Shown one piece after another: positions 41,945-51,379 of a DNA stretch of 64,000 bases. This DNA is from Firmicutes bacterium UBA4795 (lineage in GTDB: Bacteria > Bacillota > Desulfotomaculia > Desulfotomaculales > Nap2-2B). Numbering within the stretch: position 1 is the stretch's first letter; every line of letters begins with the position of its first letter. A program made the translations under genes and the position numbers. The notes beneath the pieces are model-generated. The model was not told the origin of the DNA and made no database searches. It worked only from the letters and a program-made list of their open reading frames with translations. The stretch covers positions 1,613 through 65,612 of the forward strand of contig DHGP01000006.1 in the NCBI GenBank assembly GCA_002402825.1, in the 5' to 3' direction.

Positions 41945-42697
41945 CTACCAGGGCCAATGCTGCAATTTTATAATGGTACGGTAGTCTGTTAAATCCAATT
42001 GGATTGGGGTAATGGAAATATACTGGGCCTTTATGGCGCCTACGTCTGTATCGTTGTTATTATCATCCTCTATGTCCATAGGTTGTCCACCCATCCAGTA
42101 GTAAATCCGCCCGCGGGGATCGGTGCGTTTATCAAAAACGTTAATGTACCGCCGGTTACCAAGTCTGGTAATTTTAACCCCGCGCCACTGTCCGGCCGGA
42201 ATATTTATATTTAAGAGGGTGCCTGAGGGAATTCCCCTTTTCTTAACCAGGAATAGCAATTGTTTAATAAAATTTTGGGCCAGGGCAAAATCATGGTAAG
42301 TATAACTGGCTAAGGATACCGCCAGGGATTGAAAACCATTAATTACCCCTTCAATGGCGGCCGAAACTGTTCCTGAATATAAAACATCCGTTCCCAAATT
42401 TGGACCTTGATTAATTCCGGTTATGACTAAATCTGGCGGTTCAGGTAGCAAAGCTTCAATGGCCAACTTAACACAATCAGCCGGCGTTCCGTCTACCGCC
42501 CATCCCTGACCAAAAGAAATATCTACCGTTTGCACGCGTAAGGGGCGGTGAACGGTAATCCCGTGGCCGGCCGCGCTGCGTTCCCGGTCGGGAGCAGCTA
42601 CATATAATTCAACATTTTCTACTTCCTGTAAGCTATTAATCAGAGCTTTTAGCCCTTCAGCCTGAATACCGTCATCATTACTAATTAGAATGCGCAT
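41945..42697 (-). CDS. surE: 5'/3'-nucleotidase SurE
   Basis: ILISNDDGI, GTPADCV, GINQGPN, YSGTVSAA. Confidence 0.97.
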   Translation of the reverse strand: MRILISNDDGIQAEGLKALINSLQEVENVELYVAAPDRERSAAGHGITVHRPLRVQTVDISFGQGWAVDGTPADCVKLAIEALLPEPPDLVITGINQGPNLGTDVLYSGTVSAAIEGVINGFQSLAVSLASYTYHDFALAQNFIKQLLFLVKKRGIPSGTLLNINIPAGQWRGVKITRLGNRRYINVFDKRTDPRGRIYYWMGGQPMDIEDDNNNDTDVGAIKAQYISITPIQLDLTDYRTIIKLQHWPW

Positions 42698-42729
42698 AAA
42701 TAACCTCCAAAAATAGTCGACAGAAGAAA

Positions 42730-43860
42730 CTACTTAATAATATTTAGAAATACTCCTGCAGCTACTGCGGTACCAATAACTCCGGCTACATTAGGCCCCA
42801 TGGCTTGCATAAGCAAGAAATTATCCCGGTTGGCTTCTCTACCCATAATCTGTACTACCCTGGCAGACATAGGCACAGCAGAAACACCAGCCGCACCAAT
42901 AAGAGGGTTCACCTTATTTTTTATAAACAGATTCATTAATTTAGCAATAAGAACCCCGCCAGCAACAGCAAAGGCAAAGGCAATTACACCTAAGATAAAA
43001 ATATAAATGGTTTTAGGATTTAAAAAGTTTTCCGCTGACATAGTAGCTCCTATTCCAACACCAAGTATAATAGTCACAATGTTTATCAATGCTTCTCGAG
43101 ATACGTTAGTAAGACGTTCTACTACACCTGACTCCATAAACAAGTTACCCAGCATAAACATAGCAATAAGCGGGGCAGATTTAGGTACCAACAATATAAT
43201 TACGATGCTGGCCAATAAAGGATAAACAACTCTTTCGCCTTTGCCAACTTCTCTCATTTGCTTCATTACCATAGCTCGTTCTTTAGCCGTAGTTAAAAGC
43301 TTGGCTATAGGCGGGATAATAATGGGTACTAAAGCCATGTATGAATATGCCGCTACCGCTGTTGCTCCTAACAGGTGAGGGGCAAGGTTAGCTGTCAGGT
43401 AAATAGTGGTAGGACCATCAGCTCCTCCAATGATACCAATTGAAGCTGCCTCTGGAATACTAAAACCAAGTAATAAGGCCATAAAAAACGCCACATAAAC
43501 CCCTATTTGGGCAGCTGCCCCTAATAAAAACGTTTTAGGGTTAGCGATTACCGGTCCAAAGTCAGTCATTGCCCCTAAACCCAGAAAAATAAGGGGTGGA
43601 ATTAGTTCGTTTTCGATGCCATAATGATAAAAAATATAAAAAAGCCCTCCTTTATCCATCAAACCGGTAAAGGGAAAATTAGCAGCAAAAATGCCAAATC
43701 CAATAGGCATCAATAGTAGTGGTTCAACCCCTTTTTTAATAGCCAGGTATAGAAGCGCAAAGGCAATAACCCACATTACCATATTTCCCCAAGTAAGGTT
43801 GAGTATGCCTATTCCTTGAAAAGCTTCTAAAAACTGTTCTAGCATAAGTTCATTCCTCAT
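42730..43860 (-). CDS. Na+-translocating decarboxylase beta subunit (OadB/MmdB/GcdB)
   Basis: EPLLL, IGIIGGADGPT, AAYSYMALVP, SAVPM, AMGPNVAG. Confidence 0.95.
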   Translation of the reverse strand: MRNELMLEQFLEAFQGIGILNLTWGNMVMWVIAFALLYLAIKKGVEPLLLMPIGFGIFAANFPFTGLMDKGGLFYIFYHYGIENELIPPLIFLGLGAMTDFGPVIANPKTFLLGAAAQIGVYVAFFMALLLGFSIPEAASIGIIGGADGPTTIYLTANLAPHLLGATAVAAYSYMALVPIIIPPIAKLLTTAKERAMVMKQMREVGKGERVVYPLLASIVIILLVPKSAPLIAMFMLGNLFMESGVVERLTNVSREALINIVTIILGVGIGATMSAENFLNPKTIYIFILGVIAFAFAVAGGVLIAKLMNLFIKNKVNPLIGAAGVSAVPMSARVVQIMGREANRDNFLLMQAMGPNVAGVIGTAVAAGVFLNIIK

Positions 43861-44006
43861 TCCTTACTTTGTTCAGGTTGCTCTTTTTCTTTACGGATAA
43901 AGTAACGGCCAGATAAGCCAACAACCATACTTAAAATACCCAATACTAGAAATACAGAAACGATTCCCGTCACGGATATTGTCAAGGCATTTAACCAGTC
44001 AACCAC
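43857..44006 (-). CDS. OadG/MmdD-like small membrane subunit (49 aa, absent from ORF track)
   Basis: AGGAGGT SD, GTG start, MVDWLNALTISVTGIVSVFLVLGIL...; ATGA overlap with beta subunit. Confidence 0.8.
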   Translation of the reverse strand: MVDWLNALTISVTGIVSVFLVLGILSMVVGLSGRYFIRKEKEQPEQSKE

Positions 44007-44126
44007 TATTTATACCTCCTTGGGTTTATTGTTTTTGGCTTAGCTTTATTTATCGTAATAAATTACGCCCAAAAAAATCTACTATCACATTCTATATTGC
44101 AGGGGCACCAATTTTAATAAAAAAGC

Positions 44127-44351
44127 TTAACTTATAGATATAGATACTAACGGCGCCCCTGTCTTCACAGTCTGCCTTTCTTTAACATAGACTTCTTTTA
44201 CCTCACCACTAACCGAAGCATCAATTTCATTTTCCATTTTCATTGCTTCAATAATTAAGATTACATCTCTTGGTGAAACCTTTTGACCAACGTCCACTTT
44301 AATTTTTAATATAGTTCCCGGTAAAGGAGCAGTAACTTTTTTCTCTCCCAT
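44127..44351 (-). CDS. Biotin carboxyl carrier protein
   Basis: VTAPLPG, EAMKMENEI. Confidence 0.93.
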   Translation of the reverse strand: MGEKKVTAPLPGTILKIKVDVGQKVSPRDVILIIEAMKMENEIDASVSGEVKEVYVKERQTVKTGAPLVSISIS

Positions 44352-44428
44352 TTTAACCCTAATCTCCCTTCATTAATTTAATAAATGTACGGCACCCAGA
44401 ATCAGATTCGTACATTTTATTTGTCTTT

Positions 44429-44992
44429 TTATTGGTCTTTAATTAACGCCAGAGCTTCGGCCCTGGTAACGGCATTTTTACGGAAAACGCCGCGTACGGC
44501 CGAAGTGATTGTTTTTGAACCAGGTTTCTTTACCCCCCGCATAGTCATGCACATATGTTCAGCTTCAATTATAACCAGTACGCCCATGGGGTTAAGTTTA
44601 GTATCAATAATATCGGCTATTTGGGTGGTTAGCCGTTCTTGTATCTGTGGACGCTTACAAAAACCCGTGACTACCCGGGCTAACTTGGAAAGACCTGTCA
44701 GTTTGTTATGTTGGGGAATATAAGCCACGTGCGCCTTGCCAAAAAAAGGTAACAAGTGGTGCTCGCAAATAGCGTAAAAGGGAATATCTTTAACTAAAAT
44801 CATTTCGTCATGCTCTTCGGAAATAATAGTTTGCAAGTGTACCTGAGGGTCTTCCCACAGGCCGCAAAAAATTTCCTGACACATACTGGCCACCCGGGCA
44901 GGTGTTTCCCGTAAGCCTTCCCGGTCAGGGTCTTCGCCAATTGCTTCTAAAAATAAGCGTACCGCTTGTTCTACCTTTGGCCGGTCAATCAT
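44429..44992 (-). CDS. folE: GTP cyclohydrolase I
   Basis: [37 protein letters not shown]. Confidence 0.97.
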   Translation of the reverse strand: MIDRPKVEQAVRLFLEAIGEDPDREGLRETPARVASMCQEIFCGLWEDPQVHLQTIISEEHDEMILVKDIPFYAICEHHLLPFFGKAHVAYIPQHNKLTGLSKLARVVTGFCKRPQIQERLTTQIADIIDTKLNPMGVLVIIEAEHMCMTMRGVKKPGSKTITSAVRGVFRKNAVTRAEALALIKDQ

Positions 44993-45018
44993 TTAATTTA
45001 ATTTTCCCCCTAATCTAT

Positions 45019-45753
45019 TTAAAGTTGCTGTAACCACTTGTGGACCTGGGGAATTATTCTGACCTCACGCACTTCACGCAAAGCCAGTTCTTGGATAGCC
45101 AGTATTCTTGACGGGCTAACACCTGTTCTGTTGGCAGGTAAGGTTACTGGTTGAATAATTACGGCTACTTCCTTTACCGCTTTAATTACTTTAAGGGCCT
45201 GTTTTATTTCCGCATCAGTAGTATTTTCCGTAACCACTATTTTTACAAAAACATCTTTTTGCTGCGCCACACTTAAAAACTGTTGGTGTTTTTTCCAAAG
45301 CGGCGGCAAACAGGAGGAACTTGGTAATTTAAAGTCCATAGCAATTATATTTACTAATGAAATAACTCGCTTTAGCTGCTCCGGCAGGGTACCATTAGTT
45401 TCCAGATAAATGCCTTCCCGGGTCCCAGTTAATAAGGGAATTAACCGGGTTAAAAAATCCACGTACAAAAGGGGCTCCCCCCCGGTTAAGCTAAACGCGT
45501 GGTGCAAAGTCAAGTCCCATTTATTCACGGCCGCCATGATTTGTTCTGGCGTAAGCGGGTTAGGCAAAAAGGCAAAATCCCGTTTCCCTGGCGTACACTC
45601 CCAACAACAAAAAGTAGGGCAAGGGTCCCGGGGAGTATCGCAATAAGCACAATTAAGGTTGCAAGCAGGAAAACGTAAAAAAATATGGCGCTGCCCCAAG
45701 GCTAAACCTTCTCCCTGCATAGAAGAAAAGATTTCTCTTAAAGGGCACGCAAC
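45019..45753 (-). CDS. queE: 7-carboxy-7-deazaguanine synthase (start uncertain, possibly GTT)
   Basis: EIFSSMQGEG, CNLNCAYCDT, TGGEPL, ETNG, PQVHK. Confidence 0.92.
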   Translation of the reverse strand, partial: VACPLREIFSSMQGEGLALGQRHIFLRFPACNLNCAYCDTPRDPCPTFCCWECTPGKRDFAFLPNPLTPEQIMAAVNKWDLTLHHAFSLTGGEPLLYVDFLTRLIPLLTGTREGIYLETNGTLPEQLKRVISLVNIIAMDFKLPSSSCLPPLWKKHQQFLSVAQQKDVFVKIVVTENTTDAEIKQALKVIKAVKEVAVIIQPVTLPANRTGVSPSRILAIQELALREVREVRIIPQVHKWLQQL

Positions 45754-45774
45754 TCCGGTAGTCTCCCCTCTTAT

Positions 45775-46338
45775 TTATCCCACACCCCTCACTTTGCAGC
45801 GGGCTTGCTGCACTTCCTGCATTTCACGGGCGTATGACTGACAGATTAACTCTGCCAAGACCGGAAGCTCTTTTTCGGTCCAACCCACTTCCAAAAGTCC
45901 TACGGTTGCCACCGGGGTATTTTTACTGGTTGTATTTAAGCCGGTATGAATCATGGTGGATACCGGCGTAAGGGTAGCAATAGAAACCGAAAGCTTTTTT
46001 TCCCCTATAAAGAGGTCATCACCGCGGCGGTTAAAGCTTAGGCTTCTTTTTGTTTCTAAAATTTCTTTAATCAAGGATATTAAAATCCGTTGCCGTAAAA
46101 TAGTTTTAGTTAAATCTAGTTCAAAATGTTCCACAATAAAATGCAGCATATCTTCACTAAAAATAGGCGCTTGATCAAGAACATCTTTTACGTCAACCAG
46201 CGCGGAGCAATCCACCCGGCAGGGGCCTCGAAAACTAACAATACTGTCCCCTTGCAGACGAAAATTCCGCAAGGCCCACAAAGAAGCTAACTGGGTACCG
46301 TCATATAATAATCTTTCCGGAAAAAAATAAGTATACAT
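45775..46338 (-). CDS. DUF366 family protein (biotin/lipoate-ligase-like fold)
   Basis: YDGTQL..LWA, GDSIV.FRG, MLHFIVEHF, GDDL....KKLSVSIAT, H.GLN. Confidence 0.8.
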   Translation of the reverse strand: MYTYFFPERLLYDGTQLASLWALRNFRLQGDSIVSFRGPCRVDCSALVDVKDVLDQAPIFSEDMLHFIVEHFELDLTKTILRQRILISLIKEILETKRSLSFNRRGDDLFIGEKKLSVSIATLTPVSTMIHTGLNTTSKNTPVATVGLLEVGWTEKELPVLAELICQSYAREMQEVQQARCKVRGVG

Positions 46339-46354
46339 AGTTATTATAAAGTCA

Positions 46355-47026
46355 TTATAAAGAAAGATTTGCTGCCTTACAAGCCCGCCTGTAACGAAGG
46401 CAACTTTCACACTGCCCGCAAGCCGCTTGCCCGCCAAAATAGCAACTCCATAATAAGTCCCAGGGAATTCCCAGGCGCTGTCCTAAATAAACGATTTCTA
46501 TTTTATCCAATCTTTGGGTGTAACTGACCACCTTCACTTTACGGGGGGTAAGCGTAAAGTTTAAAGCGTTATTAACGGCGTGAATAAAATCTTCACTATT
46601 ATCGGGAAAAGTAGCGGCCTCTTCCCGGTTAAAGCCGGTCACAATCAAGTTGCAGCCCAGGCTTTCCGCAAAACAAGCCGCCAGGTTAATAAACAAACCA
46701 TTGCGGTTAGGGACCCAAACCGCGGTCGCTGTACTCCGGGTAATGGTGAGGTCATTTAAACTTTCTTCTGCTGGTTCAGGTATTTTAGCTTCCCGGTTAA
46801 CTAAAGCCGTACGCGTAATTTGTTTTAAAAAAGGTAATTCTATCACCTGATGGGGTATATGGTAATAAAGGCAAATTTCCTTGGCGGCTTTTATTTCCCG
46901 GGGGGCCGCCCGTTGACCATAATCCATGGTTAAACAAAGTTCCACTTTACTTTCCCGCATGGCCTGGGCTAAAGAAACGGTAGAATCAAGGCCGCCAGAA
47001 AGCAAAACTACACTTTTCAAAAGCAA
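46355..47026 (-). CDS. queC: 7-cyano-7-deazaguanine synthase
   Basis: LLSGGLDS, DYGQR, VPNRN, FPD, WSCY, CGQCESC. Confidence 0.95.
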   Translation of the reverse strand: MLLKSVVLLSGGLDSTVSLAQAMRESKVELCLTMDYGQRAAPREIKAAKEICLYYHIPHQVIELPFLKQITRTALVNREAKIPEPAEESLNDLTITRSTATAVWVPNRNGLFINLAACFAESLGCNLIVTGFNREEAATFPDNSEDFIHAVNNALNFTLTPRKVKVVSYTQRLDKIEIVYLGQRLGIPWDLLWSCYFGGQAACGQCESCLRYRRACKAANLSL

Positions 47027-47407
47027 CTAAACCCCCTCCTGGTAAGAAGCAGCAGTATCTGCTGATTCCCACACCTTTACTTTGGTTAAGCTAAGGTTAG
47101 GCGGTAGTAATTTACCTAACTGCTTAAAAATATAACGCGCCAGATTTTCCGCCGTAGGGTGAGTGGTAACTACTGAATCGGCTAATTTTAAATCGTTTAA
47201 GTACTGGTGGTCAAAATCCCGGGTAATTTGCGTCACCATTTCTTTAAGCTGGATAAAATCAATAAGCATACCGTTTTCATCTAAAGATACTCCAGCCACC
47301 GAGACCTCTACCGTCCAGGTATGCCCGTGCACGGCAGCACACCGTCCTTTATAATCAGGTAAACGGTGTGCCGCCGCAAAAGTTTTTTTAACTGTTATTT
47401 CGTACAT
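47027..47407 (-). CDS. queD: 6-carboxytetrahydropterin synthase
   Basis: FAAAHRL, CAAVHGHTW, DH.YLN, PTAEN, WES. Confidence 0.95.
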   Translation of the reverse strand: MYEITVKKTFAAAHRLPDYKGRCAAVHGHTWTVEVSVAGVSLDENGMLIDFIQLKEMVTQITRDFDHQYLNDLKLADSVVTTHPTAENLARYIFKQLGKLLPPNLSLTKVKVWESADTAASYQEGV

Positions 47408-47454
47408 AATAAAATAATACCTCCAAAGGTAAAATAAGCGCAAGAAGAAAAGAG

Positions 47455-48132
47455 ATGAAAATTATGTCTTTCGGATTACTTATTTCTTTATCTTTAATCA
47501 GCTTACTTTTTATTTTCGGTTTAGTTTTTATTTTAATCCCCTTAAGAATAAAGCTGCGTTATTTTTACCAGGGGGAAAATAATTATCTTTGGTTGGAAAT
47601 AAAACTTTGGCCCGGGATATGTGTTTACCGGAAATTATTTCTTAAAAATAAATTTAATGGCGAGGGAAAAAGGAAACGCCCCTATTTACACCTGGGGGAT
47701 GTTTATCAGTTTATTGTTTATTACCGGCCCTTGTTATTAAAACTATTCCCGGTTATGTTATATTTTATAAAAAACTTAAAACCACAACAACTTTACTGGA
47801 AAACGAGAATTGGCCTTCCTAATGCGGCCTTAACTGCTATGGCGGTAGGTTGGGTATGGTCAATTAAAGGGTTAGTTCTGGCTATAATTTATCATTTTTT
47901 AGGTCTGCCCGCAACCAAACCAGTGGTGGTCGTAATGCCTGATTTTTCTAAACCTGCTTTCGTTTTTTTAATAAACAGCGTCTTTACCATCCAGACAGGT
48001 TATCTTTTAGTTGCCGGGATAAAGATTATGATTGCATTCCTTTTTTATTTTCTGGCCAGGTTTTTACGGCGTTTAGATCAAAAAATCATCCCTGTTGTAC
48101 GTCAACAGGCCAGCCCTAAAGCCCGGCTATAA
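47455..48132 (+). CDS. DUF2953/YtfI-like sporulation membrane protein
   Basis: N-terminal TM; W.T.IG..NAA.T...G..W..KG, V.PDF. Confidence 0.7.
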   Translation: MKIMSFGLLISLSLISLLFIFGLVFILIPLRIKLRYFYQGENNYLWLEIKLWPGICVYRKLFLKNKFNGEGKRKRPYLHLGDVYQFIVYYRPLLLKLFPVMLYFIKNLKPQQLYWKTRIGLPNAALTAMAVGWVWSIKGLVLAIIYHFLGLPATKPVVVVMPDFSKPAFVFLINSVFTIQTGYLLVAGIKIMIAFLFYFLARFLRRLDQKIIPVVRQQASPKARL

Positions 48133-49124
48133 CAAACTGCGGCTTCTTTGGATTGACCGGTTACATTTAATAAATTTCCCCGCAGCCCCCAGGCCTCAAA
48201 ACAATAAGGTTCCTGGGCCAAAACCTGATCACAAATAATCATTGAATCTTTATTACGCTGGAGGATAAATAAACAAACGGCTTTATTTAACAAATAAGTT
48301 TTATTGCCAGGAGAAATCACTAAGGCCCGGTTATATAATTCAAGCGCTTCTTCGGATCGGCCTATTTCCACTAAACAACAAGCATAATTATTAAGGGTTA
48401 TAGGGTCATCAGCCGCGCCTTGTAGGGCGGCTTCGTAATGTTTTATGGCTTGCGGGTAGATCTTTAACCGCTGGTAACAGACAGCCAGGTTGGTTAGTAA
48501 TAATCCGTTTCCCGAAGACATTTCCCTGGCTAGTTCATAACATAAAACAGCCTCTTCATAACGCCCCAGATGATAAAGATTATAGCCCTTATTGTTTAAT
48601 AACTCTATGGTGTTCATACCTTTTGCCTGTAAAAGCTGGTAATATTCCAGCGCTTTTTGGTGGCAGCCTGTCTTGCTTAAGACCAGGCTTAAGTTAAAAA
48701 GAAGAGCCCAAGAATCAAGCCTGCCGTGAGGAACATAGGAATTGAGCTTACCTGGGAAAGAAACTAAATACGCCGGTGAATCAGGGAGGTAATTGGTACG
48801 CTTTAACCAGTAAAGTAAACTAGCCTTACTTTGCTCTTCACCAACTGCTTTTCTCCAGTGCCATATTGCCTGGTCTACCCGGCCCCTTTTTAAGCAAAGT
48901 CTGGTAGCCTGTAAGTGTACCTGGGCCGGTTCAGAAATCCATTTTAAGCTGCGGTCAACCCAACGTAAGGCTTGTTCTTCTGCCCCCAGAATCTCCAATA
49001 CTAAGGCTATTGCCCGCCCTAAAGCCCCTTTGGCAAATACTCTTTGTAATCTGGTTGACTTAAGCACTTCAACATCCCTCCTTAATACATTATTTCTCTT
49101 TGCCTCCTTTAATTTCCTGCCCAT
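48102..49124 (-). CDS. Tetratricopeptide repeat protein
   Basis: Repeated NN.G..L..LGR.EEA...Y..A units. Confidence 0.85.
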   Translation of the reverse strand: MGRKLKEAKRNNVLRRDVEVLKSTRLQRVFAKGALGRAIALVLEILGAEEQALRWVDRSLKWISEPAQVHLQATRLCLKRGRVDQAIWHWRKAVGEEQSKASLLYWLKRTNYLPDSPAYLVSFPGKLNSYVPHGRLDSWALLFNLSLVLSKTGCHQKALEYYQLLQAKGMNTIELLNNKGYNLYHLGRYEEAVLCYELAREMSSGNGLLLTNLAVCYQRLKIYPQAIKHYEAALQGAADDPITLNNYACCLVEIGRSEEALELYNRALVISPGNKTYLLNKAVCLFILQRNKDSMIICDQVLAQEPYCFEAWGLRGNLLNVTGQSKEAAVCYSRALGLAC

Positions 49125-49275
49125 TTAAAGCAAAATTTACCAACACATTTTCCAATTTTTCGACTGCTTCATTTTCTGGTCTAAAGGTTATATTTTCTTT
49201 AGTTTACCACATAGAATTAATTATTAAATATTAAAATATTTTCCGGTTACAAATCTTTTATTATAAAGGCAAGAG

Positions 49276-49680
49276 GTGAAAAAGGTGGTTGTTTTAAATC
49301 AGGAACGTGGTACTTTCCTAAACTGGCTGGCTATAATTAAAGGGACCTTATTAAGTTTGGCCATATCTATTTTGGGGGGTGTTGTTATTGGGCTTGTTTA
49401 TTATTTTGCTGATTTTACCGAAAGCAGTTTGCCCTGGTTAATAAACGGCTTATTTTTTCTTAGCGTTTTTTTAGGCGCCGGGTGGACCGCTCAGCAAGCA
49501 AAAAATAAAGGAATATTCCACGGCTTAGGGGTAGCAATGCTTTTCCTTTTGCTGGCTTTAATTACGGCGGCTGTATTTTTTTCCTTTTCCATATCCATGG
49601 CTCCCTTGGGGTTAAAACTTTCCCTGGCTTTGGCGGCCGGCATTACTGGGGGAATGGCCGGAATAAGCTTAGGCTCTTAA
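49276..49680 (+). CDS. TIGR04086-like four-TM membrane protein
   Basis: SVFLGA..., KG.FHG, G..GGM.G C-terminus. Confidence 0.75.
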   Translation: MKKVVVLNQERGTFLNWLAIIKGTLLSLAISILGGVVIGLVYYFADFTESSLPWLINGLFFLSVFLGAGWTAQQAKNKGIFHGLGVAMLFLLLALITAAVFFSFSISMAPLGLKLSLALAAGITGGMAGISLGS

Positions 49681-49766
49681 AACAGTACGGTAAAAATTAA
49701 GATAATCCCTCCTAAACCCAATAAAGCTATACCAAAATAAAGACTAACTGGCACCCTTTTGGCCAT
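49677..49766 (-). CDS. Putative 29-aa single-TM small protein (absent from ORF track)
   Basis: AGGTGA SD, ATG, MAKRVPVSLYFGIALLGLGGIILIFTVLF; upstream CATATAAT box. Confidence 0.55.
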   Translation of the reverse strand: MAKRVPVSLYFGIALLGLGGIILIFTVLF

Positions 49767-49888
49767 GCTCTCACCTGCTTTAGTTTTTAAAGTAGGAGGT
49801 TAACCTTGAATTTATTTATTATATGCGGGAAAACCAAGACCTGCTTATGCTTTGAAAAGGAAGAGGTACCGGTTAATCTTTTGTGGTT

Positions 49889-51118
49889 TTACTTTTTAAG
49901 GCGTAAAGGCAACACCAGATCAAGAATGTGGTGAGCTAAGACTGTTTTTTCCATTTGAGGCAAAGAGATAATCTTCCCGTCAGGGTAAATTATTTTAACT
50001 ATATTTGTGTCCTGGCCAAATCCTGACCCAGGCTGAGTAACGTCGTTAGCCACAATTAAATCTAAATTTTTTTGGGCCAGTTTACGCCGGGCATTTTCCT
50101 CTAAATTTTCTGTTTCGGCCGCAAAGCCAACCAAAATTTGGTGGGTTTGTTTACGTTGGCCCAACTCAAACAGGATATCCGGGGTTTTTTCTAGTTCCAG
50201 CAGATATACCTCATCCTTTTTCTTTATCTTTTGGTTCGCCGTAAACCGGGGGGAATAATCGGCTACTGCTGCTGCTTGAAATACTATGTCGGCCTTTGAG
50301 GCATGGGTTAAAACCTGCTCGTACATCTCCCTGGCCCTTTCGACCCAAATTACCTTTGCGCCTGCCGGGGGGGACATTCCTGTGGGAGCGGAAATTAAAA
50401 TCACCTGGGCTCCCCGTTTAAGAGCAGCCCGGGCTAGAGCGTAGCCCATTTTCCCCGAACTGCGATTGGAAATATACCGGATAGGATCAAGGGGCTCTTT
50501 TGTTCCTCCGGCCGTAACCATAACTGTTAGTCCTTGCCAGTCGCCTCGCGCAGGCATAGAGCCTGCCTTACTTGTTTTAATTAATAAATCCTTAATATGG
50601 TTAAAAATTAAATCTAACGCCGGTAATCTGCCAGGACCTTCCTGCCCGCACGCCAACCAACCGGTAGCCGGTTCTATAATATAATAGCCCAGTTCCTTTA
50701 AGCATTTTATATTTGCCTGTACAATGGGGTTTTGGTACATGCTGGCATTCATGGCTGGACAAAGCAAAACAGGACAGGTGGCCGCTAAAAGAGTAGTGCT
50801 TAATAAATCATCGGCAATACCGTGAGCCAGCTTACCCAAAATATTAGCCGTAGCCGGAACTATAACGATTAAATCAGAGCGCGTAGCCAGATCAACATGA
50901 GCCACCCGCCAACCAATCAACCGGGTAAACATAGCGGTATGGACCGATTGACCGGTTAGGGCTTGAAAAGTTATGGGCCTGATAAATTTTTGGGCCGCCC
51001 GGGTCATAATTACGTGAACTTCGGCTCCGGCCTGAGTTAAAGTGCTGGCTAATTCAGCGGCTTTATAGGCCGCAATTCCACCTGTAATTCCTAAGGTAAT
51101 AAATTTTTCCGTCAGCAT
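49889..51118 (-). CDS. coaBC: Bifunctional CoaBC
   Basis: GITGGIAAYKA, PATAN, PAMN, LDPIRYISNRSSGKMG, GFAAET. Confidence 0.97.
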   Translation of the reverse strand: MLTEKFITLGITGGIAAYKAAELASTLTQAGAEVHVIMTRAAQKFIRPITFQALTGQSVHTAMFTRLIGWRVAHVDLATRSDLIVIVPATANILGKLAHGIADDLLSTTLLAATCPVLLCPAMNASMYQNPIVQANIKCLKELGYYIIEPATGWLACGQEGPGRLPALDLIFNHIKDLLIKTSKAGSMPARGDWQGLTVMVTAGGTKEPLDPIRYISNRSSGKMGYALARAALKRGAQVILISAPTGMSPPAGAKVIWVERAREMYEQVLTHASKADIVFQAAAVADYSPRFTANQKIKKKDEVYLLELEKTPDILFELGQRKQTHQILVGFAAETENLEENARRKLAQKNLDLIVANDVTQPGSGFGQDTNIVKIIYPDGKIISLPQMEKTVLAHHILDLVLPLRLKK

Positions 51119-51336
51119 AATTTACCCTTATCTTTTTTAGATTTAAGAAACCGATAAGTAATCTTATTTTTAGCTAACTCTTCTAAAGCTGCCTCTACCG
51201 GGTTTACGGTATTGTTTTTGCTTTGCTCAGCTTCTTTTTCGGCCAACATCCTGGCTCTCTTAGCGGCAATAACTACTAAAGTAAAACGGCTGTCTACTTT
51301 TTTTAATAATTCATCAAGGGGTACCCCTTCTTTCAT
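51112..51336 (-). CDS. rpoZ: RNA polymerase omega subunit
   Basis: VDSRFTLVVIAAKRAR, PV..ALEE; gmk-rpoZ-coaBC synteny. Confidence 0.93.
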   Translation of the reverse strand: MKEGVPLDELLKKVDSRFTLVVIAAKRARMLAEKEAEQSKNNTVNPVEAALEELAKNKITYRFLKSKKDKGKLC

Positions 51337-51379
51337 AACTTGACCTCCTAAGTCGCGGTGCTTTATCCTCTATTTTCCT

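Noticed and set aside
44099-44162. GCAGGGGCACC...GGCGCCCCTGT inverted pair as a REP
   Set aside because: The right arm encodes the normal GAPL motif of biotinyl domains, and the match is short.
47408-47454. preQ1 riboswitch before queD
   Set aside because: Only 47 nt between divergent genes, with no preQ1 aptamer signature.
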